Shown here piece after piece: positions 57,126 through 64,000 of a DNA stretch of 64,000 nt; the first letter of the stretch is position 1; every line of letters starts with the position of its first letter. Source of the stretch: Candidatus Poriferisocius sp. (GTDB taxonomy: Bacteria; Actinomycetota; Acidimicrobiia; Acidimicrobiales; Bin134); the NCBI RefSeq assembly GCF_965208355.1, contig NZ_CBDBOM010000003.1:2710234-2774233 (forward strand). Reading direction: 5' to 3'. The notes beneath the pieces are model-generated. The model saw only the letters and a program-made list of their open reading frames with translations, made no database searches and was not told where the DNA came from. Position numbers and translations under genes: made by a program.

Positions 57126-58063
57126 GCGCTGGGCTTCTAATTCCCGCTGCCATCATCCTGGGTTGTGGCCTGCTCGGTCTCATTGTGGCCTTTTCCACCC
57201 GCAAGAAGAAGGCGTTGTGGGACATATTTCCTGGCCCAACCCCCGATGCTGGGGTTGAGAACCAAGTCGGCAGACCTGAGTTGTTCGACGGCGGCGCCGA
57301 GTACTCCCCGTCGGAGGGCGATTTAGAGAACGGCGCGGGCAACGGCCGACCAACGCTGGAGTTGGTGGGTGATCCCGCGGAGGACGTTGCTGATGTGGTG
57401 GGAATCTCCCGATCCGGCCAAGAGCTCCTGACCCAATGGCACCGTCGGCACGAGCAAACGGTGTCGGACTGGATAGAGAACCACCAGAAGGTGTTGAGCG
57501 ATATCAATGCCTCCGGACTTCAGATCGACATGGGCCAGCGCGACGAACTGTTGGCCGGACACGATGAGCTGGCCCCGAAGATGCGAGAGGCCATCGCCAG
57601 CCATCCCTCACCGGTCATGCGGGCCGAGCTGAGCGCCATGCACGTGGCCGGCGAGGCGGCGGTGTTCGCAGTGATCAAGAGCGACTACGAAACCGCTCGT
57701 CGCCAACACCTCATCTATGTGCAGTATCGGGATGAGTGGATCGAGCGGCTCCGCCAATTCTCCCAAAGCCCCATGACCAGTCTTCGTTCGGTGATGAATA
57801 CCGACGAATTCGAGTTGGAGGAGATACGCGCCGCGCTGGAATCCGCTCTGTTCGAAACCGAAGAGCCCGAAGAGGTCGAGCCCGACTTCGAGGCCCCAAT
57901 CATGGTCAGAGAAGAACGGGAGTCGGTTCTCGACTTGGTGGACCAGACCGATGGTCCCTTGCAGGTTGCCGTCGGCACTCCCGACGACACCACGGAGGAC
58001 CTTGAAGGCGGCCGCATCCGCCGCGTCCTTCGCCGCCGCCGCACCCCCGAGGACCCTGAGTAG
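57122..58063 (+). CDS. hypothetical single-pass membrane protein with acidic helical cytoplasmic region
   Basis: Preferred GTG start at 57122 (VSAGLLIPAAIILGCGLLGLIVAFSTRKKK..). The track ORF from 56948 overlaps the small ORF. No family recognised. Confidence 0.55.
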   Translation: MSAGLLIPAAIILGCGLLGLIVAFSTRKKKALWDIFPGPTPDAGVENQVGRPELFDGGAEYSPSEGDLENGAGNGRPTLELVGDPAEDVADVVGISRSGQELLTQWHRRHEQTVSDWIENHQKVLSDINASGLQIDMGQRDELLAGHDELAPKMREAIASHPSPVMRAELSAMHVAGEAAVFAVIKSDYETARRQHLIYVQYRDEWIERLRQFSQSPMTSLRSVMNTDEFELEEIRAALESALFETEEPEEVEPDFEAPIMVREERESVLDLVDQTDGPLQVAVGTPDDTTEDLEGGRIRRVLRRRRTPEDPE

Positions 58064-58167
58064 AAAAAGCGGCGACGCTAATCCAGACCTCTTTGGTCAG
58101 GTATTGCCCTGACCGGGTAGGGTGAACAGACTTCCTGCATCATTCGCAGCAAAGCAAGGAGCCGGAA

Positions 58168-58797
58168 ATGGCCATTCAACTAGGCGACATCGCCCCAGAC
58201 TTCACCGCCGAAACCACCGAGGGAACCATCTCCTTCCACGAGTGGAAAGGGGACTCCTGGGCGGTTCTGTTCTCCCATCCCAAGGACTTCACCCCGGTGT
58301 GTACCACCGAATTGGGCTACACCGCTCGGCTGGCCGAGCAGTTCGCGGCCCGCAATGTAAAGGTGATCGGCCTGTCGTGCGACTCGGTCGAAGACCACAT
58401 TGCATGGTCACAGGACATCGAGGACACCCAGGGCATTCGTCCCAACTTCCCGATGATCGGCGATGCCGACCGAGCGGTGGCCGACCTCTACGACATGATC
58501 CACCCCAATGCCAGCGACACCATGACGGTGCGCTCGGTGTTCGTGATCGGTCCCGACAACGCGGTGAAGCTCACCATCACCTATCCGGCCAGCACCGGGC
58601 GCAATTTTGATGAGGTTCTTCGGGTGATCGACTCGCTCCAACTAACCGCCACTAAGAAAGTGGCCACCCCGGTGAACTGGATGCACGGCGACGATGTGAT
58701 CATCGTGCCCGCCCTCTCCAATGATGAGGCCGCGGAGCTGTTCCCCGATGGTTGGGACGAGCAGAAGCCCTACCTTCGTGTAGTCTCCCAGCCATAA
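58168..58797 (+). CDS. 1-Cys peroxiredoxin (Prx6-type)
   Basis: ..LGDIAPDFTAETTEG.ISFHEW.GDSWAVLFSHPKDFTPVCTTELG.. signature. Confidence 0.93.
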   Translation: MAIQLGDIAPDFTAETTEGTISFHEWKGDSWAVLFSHPKDFTPVCTTELGYTARLAEQFAARNVKVIGLSCDSVEDHIAWSQDIEDTQGIRPNFPMIGDADRAVADLYDMIHPNASDTMTVRSVFVIGPDNAVKLTITYPASTGRNFDEVLRVIDSLQLTATKKVATPVNWMHGDDVIIVPALSNDEAAELFPDGWDEQKPYLRVVSQP

Positions 58798-58852
58798 TCT
58801 CCACTACTTCCACCAAGGAAAACCTGGCTGACGCCGAAGGGGTGCTATTTCC

Positions 58853-59683
58853 ATGAGCGATGCGTCCACGCTGGCCACAGAGACCATGGCTGCCGCCCGA
58901 GCGGTAGAAGCGGTAAAGATCTACGGGTCGGGGGAGACCGAAGTCCGAGCCCTCGACGGGGTGGACATTACCTTTGAGAAGGGCAAATTCAGCGCCATCA
59001 TGGGCCCGTCGGGCTCGGGCAAGTCTACCCTCATGCACTGCATGGCCGCACTCGACAATCTCACCGAAGGTCACGCCCTCATCGGCGACACCGACCTGAG
59101 CACCCTGTCGGACAAAGAGCTGACCCTGTTGCGCCGCGACAGGGTGGGGTTCATCTTCCAGGCTTTCAATCTGGTGCCCACCCTGAACGCCATCGAGAAC
59201 ATCACCCTGCCCATGGACCTGGCTCGACGCGAACCCGACCAGGCGTGGGTCGACAGCGTGATCGCCACCGTGGGGCTGGCCGACCGACTCACCCACCGGC
59301 CCAACGAGCTATCGGGGGGTCAGCAACAACGAGTGGCGGTGTCCAGGGCGCTGGCCAGCCAGCCGGAGATCATCTTTGCCGACGAGCCCACCGGCAACCT
59401 CGACTCCCGGTCGGGCAACGACGTGCTGAAGTTCATGCGCGAAGCGGTGGACGATCTGGGCCAGACCATTGTGATGGTCACCCATGACGCCAAGGCGGCA
59501 TCGTTCGCCGACCGGACCGTGTTCTTGGCCGACGGCAGACTTCAGGGCGAGATGCTCAATCCCACCGCCGATCAGATCCTCGACTACATGAAGATTCTGC
59601 AAGTGGGCCAGTTCGTCCGGGGCATAACAGAGGGGGCAACCATGGAAGAAGTGTTGGAATACATGAAGGACCTGGACGACTGA
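58853..59683 (+). CDS. ABC transporter ATP-binding protein (MacB/LolD/FtsE-like) with C-terminal extension
   Basis: GPSGSGKSTL, LSGGQQQRVAVSRAL, FADEPTGNLD. Confidence 0.92.
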   Translation: MSDASTLATETMAAARAVEAVKIYGSGETEVRALDGVDITFEKGKFSAIMGPSGSGKSTLMHCMAALDNLTEGHALIGDTDLSTLSDKELTLLRRDRVGFIFQAFNLVPTLNAIENITLPMDLARREPDQAWVDSVIATVGLADRLTHRPNELSGGQQQRVAVSRALASQPEIIFADEPTGNLDSRSGNDVLKFMREAVDDLGQTIVMVTHDAKAASFADRTVFLADGRLQGEMLNPTADQILDYMKILQVGQFVRGITEGATMEEVLEYMKDLDD

Positions 59684-59738
59684 GCTTGGGCGCAGCCAGG
59701 TAGCCCCTCCTCGAAGTTCATGACCCGGTAGTCGGCGG

Positions 59739-62333
59739 ATGACCCTCCTGCGATACAGCCTCCGAAGCATCGCCGGCGTCAAGGTGAGGTTCGCGCTCAC
59801 CACCCTTGCCGTGATCATCGGGGTCGCTCTCACAGTGGGCGTGCTCATCTCCACCGACGGCCTCCGCGCCTCCCTCAACGAGTTGTCGGGCAGGATCTAC
59901 GAAAAGTACGACTTCACCGTTCGCGCCGCAACCGATGTCGGTGATCGCAATGAGGGCGTGCCCCTCCTCCCCGTGGAATTGAGTGAGGAGCTTGCGTCGA
60001 TCGACGGCGTAGAGGCGGTAGTAGGACTGGCGCAGGAATTCAACGTGGTTGCCATCGACGGTGACGGCAACGCCGTAGACCCCGGTGTGGGACGACAAAT
60101 GGGCTTCGGCTGGCCCGAGTCCGAAGTGCTGAGCACGGTCTACCCATATCCCGACGGCATAAGTCGCCAACCCGTCGGACCCGATGAAATGGCCATCGAC
60201 CACTTCACCGGCCGGGAAAACGGCTTCATTATCGGCGAGCGCTACGAAGTGGCTACTCCCTCCGGAACCTTCGACTTCGAGCTTGTCGGCTACCTGTACT
60301 TCCTCGATCCCGAGACCCGCATCACTCTTCAAATTGTCTCCTGGGACATGACAACCACCCGGCAGCTTGTTCACGGTGGCGGCGGCTACGACCTCATCCA
60401 CGGGAAGCTGTCACCCGGCGCATCGTACGACGAGGTGGCTGCGGCCATCGGTGCCCGCGTCGGCCCTTACATCGAGGTGATCTCCAGACAGGAAAACATC
60501 GAAGAAAGCAACCAAGAGTTCGCCGAAAACATCGACCTGATTCGGAACCTCTTGCTGGCTTTCGCCGTCATCGTCCTGATCATCTCGGGGTTCATTACCT
60601 ACAACACGTTCATCCTGGTCATGGGTCAGCGGATCAGAGAATTGGGGCTGCTGCGAGTTCTCGGCGCTGGGCGGGGTCAAGTCGCTCGAGTCGTCGGGTT
60701 CGAAGCCCTGATCGTAGGGATCGTGGCCACCATCGTGGGATTGGGTCTCGGCGTCTTAGTGGCCCTTGGCATTCGCTCCGCGCTGGACAGCTCCGGTGCT
60801 CACCTTCCCGAATCCGATGTGATTATCAGCGGGTGGACCATTGTTGCCGCGGTGGTCATCGGCATCGGCGTGACCATGGTTACCGCCATCTGGCCGGCCA
60901 TGCGGGCCCGCCGGGTCACGCCCATGGTGGCGCTGGCCGATGAGGCCGAAATCGACCCCTTCAACCGGCGCCGCTCTCTGATCATCGGGTCGGTAGTCAG
61001 CGGAGCTGGATTGATTCTGCTGCTCATCGGCCTGCTGGCCGACCTTTCCACCTCTGAACTCCTTCTTCCGCTTGGCTTGGGAGCGCTGTTGATGCTGCTG
61101 GGGGTCAACATCATCACCCCGGCCCTAGCCCGATCGATGTCGCTATTCCTGGGGTGGCCCGCCAACCGGCTGTTCACCATCAACGGACGACTGGCCCGAC
61201 TGAACGCGGCCCGCAATCCCCGCCGTACCGCTACCACCGCCTCGGCGCTCATGATCGGGCTGGCCATGGTGTCACTGGTCGCCGTGCTGGGAACATCCTT
61301 CAAGCAGACCTTGAACAGCCAACTAGAAGACTCAGTGCAGGCTGATTGGCTCATCTGCACCGGCGATTGCAGCAACGACACGTCAGCACTCAGCACTCAG
61401 CTCGGGGCATTCAGTCTGGAGGCTTCCCAGAGGATGGCAGGGTTGCCCGAATTGGAGTCGGTGGAGAACTTCCGGTTCCGCTCCGATGCTGTGCGCACCT
61501 CCGACGGCGAACAGCGCCGGATTACCGCCGCCGACCTCGACTCGTTCTCCCCCCACGTCAACCCGGGCGTCGTCGTCGGCAGCTTGAGCCAAGCGGGCCT
61601 TGGCCATGTGCTGATGGAAAAGGATCTAGCCGATGATTTGGACGTAGCGGTCGGAGACCAGATATCCCTCGAGTTTCCCGGCGAGCAGCATTCGACCTTT
61701 GAGGTCATTGCCCTTCACACCGAAACATCAGTTGTCGGCCCCTTGGTGATTGATACCTCCGACTGGGAACGCCTTGAGCTCAGCAACCAAGTCAACCTGG
61801 TGACAGCAGTCACCGCTCCGGGTATCGAACTGGACCAGGCTCGGTCAGCAATGGAATCCATCCTTACCGACTACCCCCAGGTCAACGTGAAAAACCAGGC
61901 CGAATACCGGGAGAGCCGAGCCTCACAGATCAACAACCTGCTGGTCATCATCAACGTGTTCTTGGTGCTCGCGCTGCTCATCGCGGTGGTAGGCATCGCC
62001 AACACCATGGCCCTATCGATATTCGAACGAACTCGAGAATTGGGTCTTGTGCGAGCCATCGGCATGGCCAAGCGGCAAACCTGGGGAACAATCTTCTTGG
62101 AAAGCATCATTGTGGCCGTGTTCGGGGGGCTCATCGGCGTCGCCACCGGCGTAGTTGCCGGCTCGATTGCCGCGGCCGCCTTCCCCTCAAACTTGATCTC
62201 CAGCCCGTCCATACCCTGGGTGACTTTGGTGATTTACCTGGTTGTTTCAGCCTTGGCCGGAATGCTGGCCGCCTTCTTCCCGGCCCGCCGGGCCAACCGC
62301 CTCAATGTGTTGGAAGCCATCGCTCACCAGTAA
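59739..62333 (+). CDS. ABC transporter permease with two FtsX/MacB-type domains
   Basis: 864 aa. N-terminal TM plus large extracytoplasmic domain plus FtsX 4-helix unit, repeated twice (..RIRELGLLRVLGAGRGQV.. and ..RTRELGLVRAIGMAKRQT..). Confidence 0.88.
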   Translation: MTLLRYSLRSIAGVKVRFALTTLAVIIGVALTVGVLISTDGLRASLNELSGRIYEKYDFTVRAATDVGDRNEGVPLLPVELSEELASIDGVEAVVGLAQEFNVVAIDGDGNAVDPGVGRQMGFGWPESEVLSTVYPYPDGISRQPVGPDEMAIDHFTGRENGFIIGERYEVATPSGTFDFELVGYLYFLDPETRITLQIVSWDMTTTRQLVHGGGGYDLIHGKLSPGASYDEVAAAIGARVGPYIEVISRQENIEESNQEFAENIDLIRNLLLAFAVIVLIISGFITYNTFILVMGQRIRELGLLRVLGAGRGQVARVVGFEALIVGIVATIVGLGLGVLVALGIRSALDSSGAHLPESDVIISGWTIVAAVVIGIGVTMVTAIWPAMRARRVTPMVALADEAEIDPFNRRRSLIIGSVVSGAGLILLLIGLLADLSTSELLLPLGLGALLMLLGVNIITPALARSMSLFLGWPANRLFTINGRLARLNAARNPRRTATTASALMIGLAMVSLVAVLGTSFKQTLNSQLEDSVQADWLICTGDCSNDTSALSTQLGAFSLEASQRMAGLPELESVENFRFRSDAVRTSDGEQRRITAADLDSFSPHVNPGVVVGSLSQAGLGHVLMEKDLADDLDVAVGDQISLEFPGEQHSTFEVIALHTETSVVGPLVIDTSDWERLELSNQVNLVTAVTAPGIELDQARSAMESILTDYPQVNVKNQAEYRESRASQINNLLVIINVFLVLALLIAVVGIANTMALSIFERTRELGLVRAIGMAKRQTWGTIFLESIIVAVFGGLIGVATGVVAGSIAAAAFPSNLISSPSIPWVTLVIYLVVSALAGMLAAFFPARRANRLNVLEAIAHQ

Positions 62334-64000
62334 GAATGCCGCTATAGGCCTCATCCGCTACGCCCTGAAGAGCATCGCAGGAACCCGCATTCGGTTCCTG
62401 CTGACCACGCTGGCCGTCGTCGTGAGCGTGGGATTCACCGTGGGCGTGCTAGTCACCACTTCGGGGCTCCGCTCCACGTTCGACACTCTCTCCGAGGACA
62501 TCTTCGAGGGCGTTGATCTGTCGGTGCGCCCCGAGCTGGCCTTCGGCGACCGGGGCGAGAGCGGGACACTGGTAGACCCCGAGCTCCTCGACGATGTGCG
62601 GTCGGTAGACGGGGTGGCGGCCGCAGTGGGGACGGTGGTCGAGTTCAACGTGGTTCCCATCACCGCTGACGGCGAAGCGGTGGAGCTTTTCGGACCCCCG
62701 CAGATCGGCATCGGCTGGCCCTCCGACGACTCCCTGGGAGCTCTCAAGGTGTGGCCCGATGGCGTCAGCCGGATCCCCTCCGGGCCCGACGAGTTCGCCA
62801 TGGACGCCGACACCGCCGACGAGAACGGATTCGAAATCGGCGAACGCTACCGGGTGTCCACCCCCGGCGGCACCGAAGCGTTCACCCTGGTCGGACTGTT
62901 CCGTTACGGCAGCGGTGACAATGCCACCGCGGGCGCGCAAATGATGGCCTGGGACATCGAGACCGCCCGCCAACTGCTGCACAACGGTGGGGGCTACGAC
63001 AGCATCGACATCCGACTGGAGCCCAATACCTCACCGGAGGCGGCATCGGCGGCCGTGGCCACGGTGCTTGACGATGGCTTGGAGGTGGTGGCCAATCAGG
63101 AGTTGGTGGAAGAACAGTCCGACCTGTTCAACGAGTTCATCGGCTTCTTCGAGTACTTCATGCTGGGATTCGCCGTGGTGATCCTGGTGGTGTCGGCCTT
63201 CATCATCTACAACACCTTCACCATCCTGGTGAGCCAGCGCACCCGGGAGCTGGGGCTGCTGCGGGCATTGGGGGCCAGCGGCCGGCAGGTCACCGCCATC
63301 GTGGTCGGCGAAGCAATCGCCGTCGGGGTGATGGCCAGCGCCGCCGGGCTCGGACTAGGGGTGCTGATTTCTCTTGGCATCCGAGCATTGATCTCAGGCT
63401 TCGGCGCCGGCTTGCCCGACGCGCCCATCGTTGTGGGCACCAACTCAATTCTGGCCGCGGTGTTAGTCGGGGTGGGCGTGACCGCGGTGTCAGCCATTTG
63501 GCCCGCCTTGAGAGCCCGGCGGGTGACTCCCATGGCGGCGCTCACCGGGAATATGCCGCCCCGACTTACCGAGGAGCGCCGCTCAACTGGGCTGGAGAAG
63601 CTGCTCACCGCGTCCAGCGTGATCTTGGTGGCATTCGGAATCGTCTCGGAAACGGCTTCAGTCATCGTGGTAACTGCGCTGGTTGGCGCGGTGTTGGCCT
63701 TCGTCGGGGGTCGCAACCTGCCCCAGCCGGTGGGTCAGGCCCGGGTGTTGATTTTGGGCCTGGCCATGCTCATCGTGGCCGTGGTCGGAGAATTCCCGAC
63801 CAGCTCGCTATTGGCCTTGCTGGGCATGAGCGCATTGTTGGTGTTTGTGGGGATGAACCTGGTCAGCCCGGTGTTTGCCGTACCGGTTTCCAGAGTCTTG
63901 GGATGGATCCCGGCCAAGGTCTCCCAAGTGAGCGGGCGGCTGGCCCGACAGAACGCGGAGCGCAGCCCCCGGCGTACGGCCAACACCGCCTCGGCTCTCA
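62305..64000 (+). CDS. second FtsX/MacB-type ABC permease (paralogue of the preceding gene); 3' end outside the window
   Basis: Not in the ORF track because there is no stop inside the window. My translation reads ..AAIGLIRYALKSIAGTRIRFLLTTLAVVVSVGFTVGVLV.., collinear with the N-terminus of the 59739 gene, with ..RTRELGLLRALGASGRQV... The only in-frame start is ATG 62305, 29 nt inside the preceding gene. Confidence 0.8.
   Translation, partial: MCWKPSLTSKNAAIGLIRYALKSIAGTRIRFLLTTLAVVVSVGFTVGVLVTTSGLRSTFDTLSEDIFEGVDLSVRPELAFGDRGESGTLVDPELLDDVRSVDGVAAAVGTVVEFNVVPITADGEAVELFGPPQIGIGWPSDDSLGALKVWPDGVSRIPSGPDEFAMDADTADENGFEIGERYRVSTPGGTEAFTLVGLFRYGSGDNATAGAQMMAWDIETARQLLHNGGGYDSIDIRLEPNTSPEAASAAVATVLDDGLEVVANQELVEEQSDLFNEFIGFFEYFMLGFAVVILVVSAFIIYNTFTILVSQRTRELGLLRALGASGRQVTAIVVGEAIAVGVMASAAGLGLGVLISLGIRALISGFGAGLPDAPIVVGTNSILAAVLVGVGVTAVSAIWPALRARRVTPMAALTGNMPPRLTEERRSTGLEKLLTASSVILVAFGIVSETASVIVVTALVGAVLAFVGGRNLPQPVGQARVLILGLAMLIVAVVGEFPTSSLLALLGMSALLVFVGMNLVSPVFAVPVSRVLGWIPAKVSQVSGRLARQNAERSPRRTANTASAL

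Noticed and set aside
58095-58114. Hairpin GGTCAGG-tattgc-CCTGACC after the 57122-58063 gene, as a possible intrinsic terminator.
   Set aside because: The stem is only 7 bp and no U-tract follows, so it is not strong enough to annotate.

Overview
This is a G+C-rich chromosomal segment whose gene content and order look like Actinomycetota. Taxonomy is inferred from synteny and from the two actinobacterial ribosomal micro-proteins bS22 and bL37. I support about 62 protein-coding genes, one tRNA-Gln, several short tandem duplications, one hairpin terminator and one MITE-like insertion. Four of the CDS are absent from the ORF track: a window-truncated TauA-like binding protein, a window-truncated FtsX permease, bS22 and bL37.

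Layout:
- 1-5.1 kb: TauA-like lipoprotein, class-III aminotransferase, an MFS transporter and an orphan WXG/PT-TG-like protein.
- 5.1-6.9 kb: menB and an SDR.
- 6.9-17.5 kb: tightly packed catabolic island with four amidohydrolase_2 paralogues, a PaaK-like ligase, an ADP-forming acyl-CoA synthetase, an SDR, a cupin and a CPBP protease.
- 18.8-36.6 kb: conserved housekeeping block. It contains a J-domain protein, ftsB, eno, mazG, mfd, pth, ctc, prs, a glmU-like gene, tRNA-Gln, bS22, ispE, rsmA, tatD, metG, rsmI, ychF and bL37.
- 39.2-52.8 kb: nucleoside uptake and salvage supercluster (BMP-type ABC transporter, cdd, deoA, add, HAD, NT5C, two ALDH genes, deoC, upp).
- 53-58 kb: D-aminoacylase, an NAD-kinase-like gene, a LysM lipoprotein and a small Cys-rich plus membrane protein pair.
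- 58-64 kb: peroxiredoxin and a MacB/FtsX-type ABC exporter with two tandem permeases.

I see no rRNA, CRISPR array, integrase, prophage or recognisable defence system, so I cannot honestly claim a clear new multi-gene system. The best-supported unusual items are:
- a TA-flanked 161-bp inverted-repeat element sitting exactly at a former ATGA gene junction
- an orphan protein with WXG-like and PT-TG-like features
- the uncharacterised amidohydrolase/CoA-ligase operon
- in-frame 42-nt duplications at the 3' ends of both ribosomal micro-genes
- a GlmU lacking its acetyltransferase end
- an ALDH paralogue lacking its catalytic domain

All family assignments come from motif recognition by eye. No database search was run.
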